This document shows, in pieces, positions 16,166 through 34,705 of a DNA stretch of 64,000 bases. A program made the translations under genes and the position numbers. This stretch comes from the human T2T-CHM13v2.0 reference genome, Homo sapiens: NCBI RefSeq assembly GCF_009914755.1, contig NC_060934.1, one strand, 5' to 3'. Numbering within the stretch: the stretch's first letter is position 1; every line of letters starts with the position of its first letter. Under the pieces are notes generated by a model. It was not told where the DNA came from, made no database searches, and saw only the letters and a list, made by a program, of their open reading frames with translations.

Positions 16166-16554
16166 GCCTGAGGGGAAAGACTGAGGAGGAAGCAGAAGAG
16201 ACCCGGGGCCCCCACCCTCCCGCTCACCAGCGCTTTGCCTTGGTGGCTCTGACTCCCCCCTGTCTGGTGGCTGGTCATGCCTCCTCTCCCCTCTCTACCT
16301 TCTCTTCCTTCCTACGTTCCCACCTGACTCCAACCCTTTCCTCAGGGAGAACAGAAGGTCCCCAAGGAGCGCTGTGGACCAGGCATGCAGGTCCACGTCA
16401 TCTCTGGTCCTGCTCCGACCTTTGGCACTGAGCCTCCTAATGCAGGATTTGGCTTGTTCCTGTGACAGCTCCCCCTCATCGCCCGCAACAGGGTACTGCA
16501 GTCCAGACTCCATCACTGCTCAGCTCTGGTGCTTTAGGCACCCCACATCACCTC

Positions 16555-16640
16555 CCCGAGCCTCAGTTTCCTTATCTGTAAAATGGGGATGGTACCAACT
16601 ACCACAGAGGGTTGTTGTAAGGACTGAACGAGGGCACAGG
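16555..16640 (+). mobile_element. MIR core fragment
   Basis: gagcctcagtttccttatctgtaaaatgggg...agggttgttgtaagga. Confidence 0.8.
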
Positions 16641-18557
16641 CCTCCTTCCACACCTGCTACCAAGTAGGTACTGGATGCACGGCAGGCCCTGCCACTGCTT
16701 CTCAGAACCCTCTCGGGTTCCTAGGCCTCTTGAACCACAATTGATAGGAATGGGACCTGCCGGGAGCTTTCTGGACAAGCTTCCCAGGGGGCTCAGATGG
16801 ACTCTCAAGCATTATTTCCAGAGATGAGTCTCTTCTCACCTGCCAGCTCCTGGGGCCAGGGCTCAGCACGGCCCCCTGGTCCTGTCTACTCTGGTGAGAC
16901 TTCTTCTCTGCTGCCCCTCCCCACAGTGCACCCCACTCGCCTCAGACTTCCGCCCCCGCACAAGGGAAGGGGCTAAACGGAATGTTCCAAATGTTTTGCT
17001 ATGAATTTACACTCTCCCTCCCTCCTAAACCCTGTAACTATTGACATGTTTATTTATTTTTTCTGTTAAGTTACCGGAGTAATTCTAGTTGTGCTCAGCC
17101 TTCCCAGTATTGATGAGCAATTCTGCAGCTTTTATCTGCAACTGTTACTCCTGACAGTTAAGAACACGTCTGAAGTTTTGTTCTGTTTATGCCTCCAAGC
17201 GTGTTGCCGACACATCCGGGCAAGGACAAACGTACAACGAACTCAAGGGAGCTTTCACAGGCTGGAACGGGCTCAGAGCACCCCTGTTCTTAGAGGAACA
17301 ATCAATGGGAAGCAAAGGTGTACCCAGGCCTCTCAACAGTTCCCGAGTGCTGTCACTGGAGGGCGATGTCTCCAAACAGTCTCTTTCCCCACTGGGAACG
17401 GCGCCGCCCGAGGGTTCAGGTCAAGCACGAGTTTCCAAATTCATTCAATTAGTAGGGCAACTGGAACCCATGCAGCTCCTTCAGAAATCCCGCAAAATAT
17501 GGATACGCTATTAAGCTGGAGACAACAAAATTACTCAATATAGAATTTTGCATTCAATCAATTATACTGTCAGTATAATTATATAATTATAATTATATAT
17601 AAGTCTCAATCCTGGCTGAAGGATCGAATCACCTACAAAGGATTAAAAACCATAGCGGTTCGGGCCCCACAAAAGGCCAGTTAAATCTGGAATCTGGAAG
17701 ATGGAGCAGGGGAATTTGTATATTTTTAAAGCTCCCCAGTGATTCTATTGTTCAGACTACAAAATTCTAATTGAGACATTGGTGGCAGGCACCAAGGGAA
17801 AATTTATGGGAGAAAATTTTAATTTTAGACAATTCTATCATGTTTTCTCCTGCAAACTGGTAGAACTGCTTAGCCTAGTTCTGCAAAGGATCAATGGTTG
17901 AGAATTTCTGCATGAAGTCATCTTGCGTCTGGAAGCCCATTTTCAAATAATAACACCCTTGGAGAGCTAGCAAGTTGTTAACACCCGTGTGTGAATTATT
18001 TTATCAGATATCAAGGATAGCTAGGATTCTGAGAAAACTGAGACCAGAGAAGCAAAAATTTTTTAAAGGGAAGAGAGAAGAAAATCTACATTGGCTCCTT
18101 CCCCCTACTCCCACCTTCCCCCCAATATATAGACTTCTCTTTAACAGTCAGTATTAAAAACTAAAAGAAAATTATCTAGAATCCCTCTATTTCTATTCAC
18201 ATTTTTATGTATTTTCTTTCCAGTACTTCATGCATATATATTTTCTAATCTGTGAGGTCTACATAATTTTGTCTTATCCTTTTTACCTTAACATTATAGG
18301 ATGACCATTTTCTTAGGGCTTAGAAAAAATTTTAGAAGCATTATGAATGGCTGCCTAGAATCACATTTTGTGAACATACTTCAAATCACAACTACAGTGG
18401 AACACGGAGGATCAGTTTCACGCCCACTGGCTAAGAACTCACTGAACTCCCTGGCCAAGCTTAAGTTGGGTGTCCTCACCTAGTCCAACCAACTGAGGCT
18501 GAGGATAAGAGGAGTGGGGGCAAAGCCACTCATAGAAGCTGCTGGAGCCCATTTTCA

Positions 18558-18953
<396 letters not shown>

Positions 18954-19109
18954 TCATAGGTGTCCTCTACAATCTGTTCTTTCCTAACTCTTTCTTGGCT
19001 TTTGCATAGGACACACTATGTTACGAGCTATGTGGGGATCAGGGACAATACTCAAAGGAGCTAAGAATCCAAATGAGGAAACATAACATATATGAAATGA
19101 GAAGTTAAA

Positions 19110-19325
19110 TAATAGTAATATTTGCTACATTTTTACAGAACAGCTATTATTATGTGCCAGGCTTATTATTTAATTTACTCTTCAGAATCATTCTATAAGC
19201 AAGCTACCAATATTCCATATTTATAGATAAGAAAACTGAGGCTGAGAGAAGTAAAGTCACATTTGTTAAAGGTAACCAGAATTTGAACTCAAGCAGCCAA
19301 AGCCCTCACTATTTCCACAGCACTG
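19110..19325 (-). mobile_element. MIR
   Basis: tatgtgccagg...tttatagataagaaaactgaggctgagagaagtaaag...atttgaactcaagcag. Confidence 0.75.
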
Positions 19326-20224
19326 GGCAATCTCCCAAGACTGCATTGTGATCTGATCTTAATGGAGGAACAGACTCTCAGAAAATTGGGCATCATCTTA
19401 CAGTGTCTCAAAACAAACAAACAAACAAAAATCCTGCAAATCCTTTAATCCCTATTTTACCTCCCTCCCTTGGGACATGGCTTAGGTAAGCTCCAAAATT
19501 AAGTTAGAGAAGGAAACAGATCTCATCTAAAAAATTATACCACAGCCAGATGAATAAATCCATATGAATACTGAAATACACACATACTCTGAGCACTAAT
19601 ACTTTTCAAGAAAGGTAATGATGCAGGAAAAAAATGTCTATGAAATAGAGCATTTTATAGAGTTCCCAAATTTCTGTCTGTTGAATCTCCCGGAAGTGGC
19701 ATTCCCCTTTCTTGCAATAACAGACGATTGCTCAAATGCCTCATAAGAAGCGGTGGGCATCGTCAACTGGGGGGCTTTGGTTTTGCAGAGGGACGGGTTT
19801 ACTTTTGTTTGTTTGTTTTGTTTTTCAGACAGGGTCTCGCTCTGTCACCCAGGCTGGAGTGCAGTGACCCCTGCTGATTGCCTGGCGTAATACAAGGCTG
19901 GACCTACAGGAAGACTGACTAGCTTCCTTCGAGCCAATATTCTTTTTTACTTTTTAGACACAGGAGGCTCTCGCGGTGTGCCCAGGCTGACTTGAGCTCC
20001 GAGGCTCAAGGGATTTTCCCACTTCAGCCTCCCAAATAGCTGGGACTGCAGGTGCACACCATCATGCCCAGCTATAAGCCAATATCTTTACATATGTATT
20101 CCACACTTACTTAGAGGGGTGACATCCGGCATTCAGTGGGGAAGACAATAGTGGTGCTCTAAGCCTTTCCTCTGTTGCCTGTAACCAATTAGCTCTTGCT
20201 CCAAACTCACACACTTCACTATAC

Positions 20225-21075
<851 letters not shown>

Positions 21076-22670
21076 TCAATTATTATATGGAAATTCCATT
21101 TTACAGAGGCCAATGGTAACTTTCCAGTATAAACATAACAGAAAGCCTTGGAGACAGTGTCAAACTGCTGACCTGCTGGGCCTTTCTTATTCGCTGGATG
21201 AATCTGGGACTTCAAACAATCACTGTGCCTGAACTAACGAGGGGGCTGTAAACATGCCTGCAAGTTCTCCCAGCTCCCCTTTTGGGGCCTGAAAATTTAT
21301 CTCTTCGCAGTGAGCGGAAATATTTTCCTTAGCTGGGTCCCCTGTTTTATGCCTTTGATTTACAGAAGCTTCTCAACAAATAAATACAAGTTGACTGTTA
21401 GGTCACAGCCTTTTGGAGAGCTTTCCAAAAGCCTTCAAGAGTAAGGGAGATAAACTGGAACAATATTTGGAAAATAATCCCAGTTGTTTTATCACTTTCC
21501 TGGGGGCTGAGACGCTGATTGGATCTTGGCCCCTCACCGGCACCCTATGAGGCAGACAGGGCTTCATTAGCTGCTTTCTGCATATAGAGAGCGGAGACTC
21601 AGAGAGGTTAAGAGGGTTGCCCAGGATTCCCCAGCTGGCCAGTAGGAAACTTGTCTGGGACCTTCATTCCAGATTTCAAGGACCTGGGCTTGCTGTGTTG
21701 CCTAACAGCCATAAATATTTTAGAGAAGCCTGCTGGGATGTAAGGAACTTCAGAGATTTTAGCCCCCACCATTTAGCCACAGAGCCTGGGTTTATGGAGC
21801 CACTAATTCATTCTGACAGTGCCTGATCACCCGCAGAGCCTCAGCAGGGAGATCTACACATTTCAAGGATAGCTAGCTCAGGAGTTCTCCCCAATGCCCA
21901 TTCTAGGCCATCTCAGAGCTCTGCTAGACTCGCTCTCCCTACCCTCAATTTCTCCTGGAAAAAGCAAACATGACCAGGTTTATTTGTAAGCCCAGGTGGT
22001 TCATCCATTTCCAAGACAGTCAAGACCTGGCCATTAAATCATACTTGTGTTTGTGCGTGCACGTGCGCGTGTGTATGTGTGTCTGTGTGCGTGTCTGTAT
22101 GTGTATGTGGGCTTTGTTTGTTTGTAATGACTTCGGTTTAAGAAGGCTGCTTTTGGATCTTCCTGTCTGGCCTGAGTGTGGGACACAAGCTAGCGCTTGC
22201 TGACCTGAATCAGCACTGTGCCGCTGTGAGCATAAGTCTGCTTACTCACGGACAGAAGAGAAGTTCATGGGCTTTTTCGGGAGCAGCCTCAGCTGGGTGG
22301 TAACTGTTGCTCACCTCCAGAAGCTGGGGGAGCTTCAGCAGCCACCTAAGGCAGGCACCTCTCAGCAAAGAATGAGGCAGTCTGTCCCCAGACGTTTCCA
22401 CTGTGTCTCTAGCCACAGGAGTCTCTTGTGGCTGGAGAGCCCATGTGTGCTACGCTCTGTGCCTCTGTGATTTTCTCCTACCCTCATCACAGTCTACATG
22501 GTATATATCCCAATGCTCACCTATGGATGAGAAAACAGGCTCAGAGAGAGGAGAGAGGCACTAGAGAAATCCCTGCTAGTGCAGTGAGGACTACAAAGGA
22601 CATTCCAAGAAGTGCTAGGCAGTGTTTGAAAGGCAGATTTTGTTTGGGGGGGTCAGAAAATGCCTTGTGA

Positions 22671-23076
<406 letters not shown>

Positions 23077-23678
23077 CTAAGGGTTCATGAAGGTGCAAGG
23101 CAATGCCAGGCGGGAAAGAGCAGCCAGGAGATGGGCGGAGACTGGCGAAAGGCTTGTGACAGGGTAGGATGCTGGGCACTTAAAGAGCACCAGCATGATA
23201 TGGGTAGAAGGAGAAATTACCAGGAAAGGAGGACAGAAGCCAGACTAGGGGAGGCCTTAGAGGTTAAAGATTTTGGATCATTTTGTGACATTACAGGGTT
23301 AGTTTTTCAGATGAAACATGGAATAGCAGGACCTTATATCACACTCTTTCTATGAGGAAATATTCCAAGTTTCACACGCCTGCTTTCCAAGGGACTTTTG
23401 GATCACAGCAGCTGATTCAGGGGATGAAGAGTGGCTTTGGACATCAGTTCTCCTCTTCTCACATCCACGTGTCTTCTCTTCCTATCCACATTGTAAATTC
23501 TTTGAGCTCAAAGACACCGTGCTTTGTAGAACATCCTCCCCTCACAACCCACTCCCCAACAGCCTTAATTATGTACTATTAAAGTAAACAATTTTTGATA
23601 AGGATGACATTAAAAAGATAAGGCATCTAATGGTTCTATACTGGATGAAAATAAATGCAATATTCTATCCAAGCTTAA

Positions 23679-24024
<346 letters not shown>

Positions 24025-24681
24025 TAAACTGCAGGGTCAAAACATGCTTCCCTTATAAAAGGTGTGACCAGATAGTAAAGAGATTGGTTTCCATCCTCCA
24101 AAAACAAATATCCATCTGATTACAGTGACATCATGTATAGAGTAATACATCTATTTCACTATGTAATATGCCAAGAATGAATTTACGACCTGCCCTATCA
24201 CTGAAATTGCAGTGGGGGTTCAATTGGGATACACTAGGTTGTAAGAGTTAGAAACTCAACTTGAATTAGTTTAATAAAAAAGTGAATTTCTGGGAAGGAT
24301 TCTGGTATAATGAGGAGAATGAGGGAGATGGGATGTGTATAAAGGCAGCCCCAACATGGTTAGAATGAGCCCTTCCCAGGAGAAAGATCTCTGAACAAAA
24401 AATCAATGTTAACTATTAGGCATCTGCTATTTAGACTTTGAGACTTGTTTCTATAACGTTATTAGAAGAACACAGTGTGGTAAAAATGAAAGTCACTTTT
24501 TGGGGTCGGACAAAACTGAGTTTAAACTGCTGATCTGCCACGTACTAGTGCTAAGAACTTAGCAAATCACTTAAATTCTCTGAACCTCTTTCTTCTCAGC
24601 TAGGAAAATTACCATTTAAGGATTTAATGAGAGCATGTATAAAAGAAAATAGCTCTGTGCCAGACACTCACTAAGAGCTTA

Positions 24682-25090
<409 letters not shown>

Positions 25091-25157
25091 TCAGGGTAAG
25101 AATGCAATAAACATTAGCTGCCATTATCATCATTTTGATAATATTTGCATTTCCCTA

Positions 25158-25583
<426 letters not shown>

Positions 25584-26244
25584 TTAAGGCTGGGAATTGT
25601 TTTTGCTCTGCAGTACCCAAGAGGCTCTGGACACTTAGTCAATATTAATTAATGATGTTTTTGGTGGTGTGCCAGGTTTTTGACACTAAACATTTTTATG
25701 CCAACTTCGTTGAATTAAGGTAGAATTAAATAGCTGTGCTGCAATCCTGTCTCAGCTGTAATCACCATTTGCTTTGCTCATCTTTCCCATGCTATTCACC
25801 CCACCTAATCAGTCCAGTTTTATTGCATTTACGTAGATTGTATTGATGCATCTGCTGAAGCTCCTGCAGGAATAATCATCTCTCATTTTTCTCTTCTGTG
25901 GCTGTGGGTATTGGAAGACCCTGTCTCTCCCTCAGCTAGGACCTGAGTAGAACCTGTGGTGAAGAGAGTGTAGAGAAAGCAATAGGCTTTGCAACCATGG
26001 TGAGTTAGGAGTGTCAGGGCTTTGTTTACCCTGAGAGTTTACCTAGGTTGAAGGCTGTCAAAGAAAACTTTCCTTTAACGTAAAAGGGTGACATGGACAT
26101 GGTTCCCTTAAAGCGGCTTCTCAGGTGGAAGATCACAACCTCTTGATGGCAGTGGCATGGAATAAAGCGTCTTAGTGTCTCCTCTAGTGCCTAATTTAGT
26201 CCCTTGATCAAATAACAACTACAGTAACAGGAGGAGGAGGAGGA

Positions 26245-26460
26245 ATTAACACTTATGAAGAGCTAGGCATTATTCTAAGCACATCACATATTATAGATTA
26301 TTTATGTTCAGAACAACTCTATGAGATGGTTACTATTATTATCCCCATTTTACAGATGAGGAAACTAAAACACCAAGAATTAAGTAACTCGCCAAAGGCC
26401 ACCCAATTATTATGTGGGGGACGTGGCTCTTGAACAACAGGAGCACACTTTGGAGTCCAT
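26245..26460 (-). mobile_element. MIR
   Basis: ttactattattatccccattttacagatgaggaaactaaaac. Confidence 0.85.
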
Positions 26461-26479
26461 GATTGTGGATGTTGGGTAA

Positions 26480-27107
<628 letters not shown>

Positions 27108-27479
27108 TGAGATTACACACCTAGTAATGGGGAAAGGTGAGACTTGAAGCATCATGTCTGTCCAACTCAAAGGCCATGATTCCATGCATTTCCTCCCACT
27201 GCCAGCTTTGCACCAGGGATGGAAAACATTGAGTCATTTTCTGCAAAGTTTTCACAACACTTTCCTTTGGGGTATATTCACCAGGCTAAGCAGATACTAT
27301 TATCCAGGTGCACATGGCTAAAATTACTGTACAGGGAGAGTACTGTCCAAAAGACCCAGAAACCTCTTTTCTAACAGTAGACAAGCAGCTCTATTCCAAT
27401 ATGGAGCACAATTTTAGCCATAAGTAACAATACCAATCATTACAACACCTTATATTTTTACATTATAATTTCATTAACA

Positions 27480-27730
27480 ATAAGCTCCTTACATTTTTAT
27501 GATACTATGTGCCTGACACTCTTCCAACCATTTCATGTATATTCAATCACTGAATTCTTACAAAAACCCTATGAGGGAGGCCTAGTTTTCTTCCGTTTTT
27601 AGATTGGGAAACTAACGCACAGACAAACAATTTGCCAAAGGTCACCCAGCTAGGAAGTGGTAGAAGCAGACCTGACCCTAGGCTGTGTGGCTGTGAAGTC
27701 TGTGCACTCAGCCACGGGCTATGTTGCCGT
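27480..27730 (-). mobile_element. MIR
   Basis: tactatgtgcc...agattgggaaactaacgcacaga...aaggtcacccagctaggaagtggtagaagc. Confidence 0.75.
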
Positions 27731-28675
27731 TCATTAGTTAATTATTTGGGAAATGTTAGTTCCGTTCCTCTCTCCATAGATTAGGCAATGGGGATTAATG
27801 TGAGAATTAACGATGTGTACTGCATCACCTGATATGTGTACTGAATGATTTAAAGATTTCTTTGTAGGGTGTTTACATATACAAGGCATTGTACCAGGCT
27901 GTGAGAATGCCACACCTGCCTTCAAGGAGCTGAAATCAGCAAACCAGCAAATACAACACCATGTGATAAAGAATTAATATGGGAAATGGTGGCTATTCTC
28001 CTTTCACCGTCTATTCTCTGTATCTTTCTGTCAAACTCAAGGCTCCCAGAGAATGGCCTGGGCTTTCTTGCCCTCTGACTTCTGGTTAGGTGCAGCCTAT
28101 GGACAGATATTGGAAGGAGAGGAAAGGAGAGGGACATCAGAGTATTCATTCCCCAGCCCCATCTCAGCCTTCTTCAGTCTAGCAGTGCCGATGATCTTCT
28201 CTGGCTATGACTTCTGCTGGACGACTCTGCTTCTATGGCCCCAGCTCCCACGAGGGTGTCAGTAACACCACTCTCTCCATTTGCTCCTTCAGGCTTAGGG
28301 GTATGAATGGCTTCTCAAGTTTTCTGGTTCCCAGATGCCTCAGCGTTCCTTGTTGGTTTCTATAACTCTGAGTGTACCGTTTGCTTCCTGTGGGGCCCCT
28401 GACTGTTATGAAGGGTAAGCAGAGGAGATAATAAGAGGAGCATTCAGGAAAGATCCCTAATCTAGACTTGGAGGGAGACGGGAGGCTGCTCAAAAGAAGT
28501 GAAATCTGTAACTCCTAAAGGATGATCAGGAATTATCCAGTTTGGGGAAGTGGAGGTAGGAAGAATATGCTAAAAAGAGAGAATGACAAGTGGAAAGATA
28601 CGAAAGCAAGAGCATAAAATACTCCCAAGAACTGCAAAGTGTCCGTAAGATACCGTTCAAGGTAGAGAGCGGTGA

Positions 28676-29054
<379 letters not shown>

Positions 29055-29954
29055 TGAAGTTTGCTGATGAAGTTTTGCTCTATGACTTGTCATGTAATCT
29101 TCCCTTTGATTTCCTTATGAAGCATTCAGTGAAATCTATATTGCTTACCAAAAGTTCTGAAGTTGGGTTTCGGAGTAGCCAAGATGAAGTGCTGAGGCTG
29201 GTCTGAAGGAGCTCTCGGAGGTAATTTAGCAATAGGTTTGAGATTGCGCTGTCAGATTTTGAAGTTTATGAGGCCACCCGCATCATTGCTAATGTGTGCT
29301 GTGTGGGTGGAGAATGGATGAGGCCAAAAAAATTTAGGACAAATAGTTTGGAGATGGAGAATCAGCAAAGAAAAGGTTGAGAGGAGAAGGCAGCTAGAAC
29401 TCAAACATTATAAAAGAAGGCTTGTTCTCCGCCTCTGCATAATCCTTAGTAAAATACGCCTGGGTTACAGCAAATGCTATTTAAAAAATAACACTGAGTT
29501 CTGACTAGGAGACATGAGACAGGCACTCTCTCTCCCTGCTCCTTCATTCTTGCCTTTTTTTGTGGTTCTAGATATTAAGCACCACCCTTGTTGGCACCTG
29601 TGTTGCCCCTGCAGATGCCTTGCTCTATCAGTTATCTCCATAGCCCCTTGTTGGTCAACACCCTCTTCCACACTGCTAGTCATTACACTCATTATGGCCT
29701 CCTGGCTTCTGGTGGTTAAGCCACCTTACCTCTATTACTTCAGGGCTCCATCATCCCTATCCACATTAACAAGCCCAACTCAGACCATCTTCTCAATGGC
29801 TGACCCTGACCTGCAGTGGAGCACCACCACTGAATGGATTAGCAGTGCTGATGCCCCCTCACCAGCACATTCCAGTGCCCTGGCTGAAGGGCGTGTCCTT
29901 TGGGCCCTCCAAGGGTTGCTCCTCTGGTGGATCTTCTAGCTTGACATGAAATAG

Positions 29955-30470
<516 letters not shown>

Positions 30471-30549
30471 TGAAATTACTTGTGGAGTTTGATACTGGGA
30501 ATACCTTTGATTGTGTGAGTCTAACTTGAGAACCCAGTGATTTATGATT

Positions 30550-30925
30550 ATATATATGTGTGTGTGTGTGTATACACACACATATATTTGCATATATTAT
30601 ATATACAATATATACTATATATGACATATATAGTATATAAAATATACGCTATATATGACATATATAGTATATTAAATATACGCTATATATGACATATATA
30701 GTATATAAAATATACGCTATGACATATATAGTTTATAAAATATACGCTATATATGACATATATACCGTATATGACATATACGGTATATAAAATATATACC
30801 ATATATGACATATAGTATATAAAATATATACCGTATATGACATATATAGTATATAAAATATATACTGTATATGACATACATATAGTATATAAAATATATA
30901 CTGTATATGACATATATTATATATG
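30550..30925. repeat. AT-rich minisatellite (~34-bp unit, ~10 copies) with TA/TG flanks
   Basis: TGACA anchors at 30622, 30656, 30690, 30720, 30754, 30772, 30806, 30838, 30872 and 30908. Confidence 0.92.
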
Positions 30926-31039
30926 TTTCAGGAAAATATGAACACTGACTAGATATTTAATAATATTAAATAATTATTGTAGAGGTTTTTGGTGTGATAA
31001 TAATCTCGCTGTTAGGTTTTTAAAATATATGCATATACA

Positions 31040-31335
31040 GGCTGGACATGGTGGTTCACGCCTGTAATCCCAGCACTTTGGGGAGCCAAGATGGGAGGAT
31101 TGCTTGAGGCCAGCTGGAGACCAGCCTGGCCAACATACTGAGACCCCGTCTCTACAAAAAAATTTTTTTAACTAGCTGGGCATGGTGGTGCCACTTGAAG
31201 GCCCCAGCTACTGGGGAGGCTGAGGTGGGAAGATTGCTTGAGTCCAGGAGTTCAAGGCTGTAGAGAGCTATGATCACATTACTGCACTCTAGCATGGGCA
31301 ACAAAGTGAGACCCTGTCTAAACAACCATAACAAC

Positions 31336-31376
<41 letters not shown>
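31040..31376 (+). mobile_element. Alu (AluJ-type) with (CAA)n/(TA)n tail, inside an old L1 3' end
   Basis: AluJ-like features (gggaggattgcttgag, agttcaaggctg). L1M-like flanks at ~30925-31020 and ~31380-31600. Confidence 0.88.
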
Positions 31377-31379
<3 letters not shown>

Positions 31380-31603
31380 TATAGAAGTGTTTACTGATTA
31401 GAGTATTTGATGTCTGAGACTTGCTTCAAAATAATTCAGTGTGAGAGAAAGAATGGGGGGCATAGAGACATAGATGGGCCATGATAATTATTGAAACTGG
31501 GTAATGTGTCCATGGAGGTTTATTATAGTATCTTCCATAGTATTATATACAGTATATAAAACCTTTAAAAGTTTGAAATTTTCCATAATACAGAGATTTT
31601 TAA

Positions 31604-32051
<448 letters not shown>

Positions 32052-32427
32052 AAGGGTGAATATATTTATATGGAGTATTCTAACAACCATATATGAAAAT
32101 ATGAACTTGACTACAGAAAAATAACATAGTTCATAAATAAGACATTGGTAGAAGGAGAAACAATATTAACCACAAAACTGGAAAGCAGTTTTCAACCCTC
32201 CACTCAGTAAAATACAAATTAATATAGAAATATTATATTAACTCTTTCTATAAAATAGGTAAAGAACAGAAAAAATATTGAGGCAAAGTATTTCATAGGG
32301 TGAAGAAAATTCAACAGTTTAAATTTTTATCTTTCTGCAAACCATTTTTCCAACATACTTATCAAAAAATCTTAAAACTCTGCCCTACTACTTGACCCAA
32401 AGTCCAGCTTCTGTGAAATTATTCTTA

Positions 32428-32883
<456 letters not shown>

Positions 32884-33439
32884 TTAAAGGAATTGTGGTA
32901 TTATATACAGATAGAAACACACATTTTATCCAGACATTACATGAGACTATGTAATGACAAGGAAAGATATCCAGGAAAATTAGATAAAGAAAGAAAACTG
33001 GAAAGGAGGACTACCAGAATTTTTCATTTGTGTTTCTTTTGTAGCTCTATAGAGGAACAACAACAAAAATGGAATAGAAGAATAAGCTCTAAACATTAAA
33101 CAGGGATAATATGGTGTGGAGAGGGGTAGCTTATGGATGTTTTATTTTTCTTCTTTTTATATATCTATATTTCCTAAATGTTCTGTAACAGACTTGTATT
33201 ACTTTAATGACATTAAACAAAACCATCTGTTGATTCACCAATCCACTTCGAGGAATCTTTCCTAACAAAATAACCAGGAATATGATCAAAGATTATTAGC
33301 ATAGTCTCTGGAGCATTATTTATAATAGGGGAAATATTGTGAGTAATCCAATTATCCCATAATAAGAGAATGATTAGATAAACTATTGTATTAAGAATTT
33401 TTTAAAATCGCATATTTCTGGGAAAAGGTTGATTGTTCT

Positions 33440-33815
33440 ATAACCACGGTAACAAGTACCATTATAACCAGGTTTTAAACTCTATCAATCAATGCAACTT
33501 GCTTCAGTGAACATGCTTTGACAAATCAACCAATCAGTGATAGTCTCTTACATATGCAAGTCAGCCAATCGGGAACAGAGTTAGTCTAATAGATGAGCTT
33601 CTGAATGCCAACCAATCAGCAACAGTCTCACTGGAGTAACCACATTTCTAGAGTTGACGTCAATCTACTTATATCCCTGAAAATCTTCCAATCCCTGAAC
33701 TCTATGCTTCCCCAAAATCCAGTATAAAATCATTATTCTGCTAAGCCAGATTCTACCTGACCAGCATGGCTCTTCCTTACCATAATAAGCAATAAATTCA
33801 GCTTTGTGTTATGTG
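33440..33815 (+). mobile_element. Old LTR relic (possibly ERV1 MER89/MER90/MER110-like; family uncertain)
   Basis: U3-R-like order: repeated CCAATC units, TATAAAA at 33723, AATAAA at 33792. Confidence 0.55.
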
Positions 33816-34412
33816 GTATTCTGTGTGTGTGTGTGTCCGTCCCTGTATGTGTGTGGAGTGTGTGTGTGTGTATGTATATACACACTGAGGGAGCACACAT
33901 ACACATATATACGAACATAGAATTTCATACATTCATTGAAAATTTTGTTTTCAAAGACCACATAATGACAAGAAAAATATATTCAAAATATATTATGTGC
34001 AAAAGCATTGAATACAAAACTGTGTATTGTACAGTCCTAATGAGAGAGAGAGACAGGAGAAAATACACCAAAATTTTAAAAAATATATCTGGGTTGTGAG
34101 ACTATGGGTGATTTTCATCTTATTTTTTCCTTATATTTTCAAAAACCTCCATAGTGACCATTTATCACTTTTATAATGAGGGGGAAGACTTTCTTAAAAA
34201 GTCTTGGTTTAGCATTATAGCCCTAAACCAGTTAATTTTAAATGTCATCTGAAAAGTTTAGAACCTCCTTATGAGTTCTTCTTTTATGATTCTTTCATTG
34301 ATAACAGGCTATGACATTAAGCCAAAGGCCTCCATTCCAAATATTTATTGTGTGCTTGTGTACCAGACACCAAATAAGGCACACAGACAGCTGCTAAGAT
34401 GATGTAGGATGA

Positions 34413-34705
34413 AGCTGGGCATGGTGGCTCACGCCTGTAATCCCAGCACTTTGGGAGGCTGAGGCAGGTGGATTGCTTGAGCCCAGGAGTTCAAGACCAG
34501 CCTGGGCAACACAGCAAAACCCCATCTCTACAAAAAAAAAAAAAAAAAAATTAGCCAGGCGTGGTAGCACATGCCTTGTAGTTCCAGCTACTTGGGAGGC
34601 TGAGGTGGGAGAATCACCTGAGTCCGGGGACGTCAAGGCTGCAGTGAGCTGTGATTGTGCCACTGCACTGCAGCCTGGGTGACAGAGTGAGACCCTGTCT
34701 CAAAT
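34413..34705 (+). mobile_element. Alu (AluJ-type)
   Basis: gattgcttgagcccaggag and gtcaaggctgcagtgagc are J-type diagnostics. Confidence 0.92.

Noticed and set aside
15751-16278. 175-aa F/L/S-rich hydrophobic ORF on the - strand
   Set aside because: It is a translation of the (CTTT)n strand of the polypurine repeat, not a membrane protein.
17091-17543. 150-aa ORF in non-repeat DNA
   Set aside because: Starts at GTG, has no recognisable domain and no supporting exon or poly(A) context. PhyloCSF or Ribo-seq would be needed.
22208-22260. REST/RE1 half-sites (atcagcact ... cggacag)
   Set aside because: The halves are ~30 nt apart and imperfect, outside known RE1 spacings.
29514-29939. 141-aa ORF with ATG start
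   Set aside because: No recognisable homology and the composition looks like random sequence; this length can arise by chance in 64 kb.
30600-30925. Regularly spaced ~34-bp repeats superficially like a CRISPR array
   Set aside because: The units are tandem with no unique spacers, the context is mammalian and there are no cas genes.
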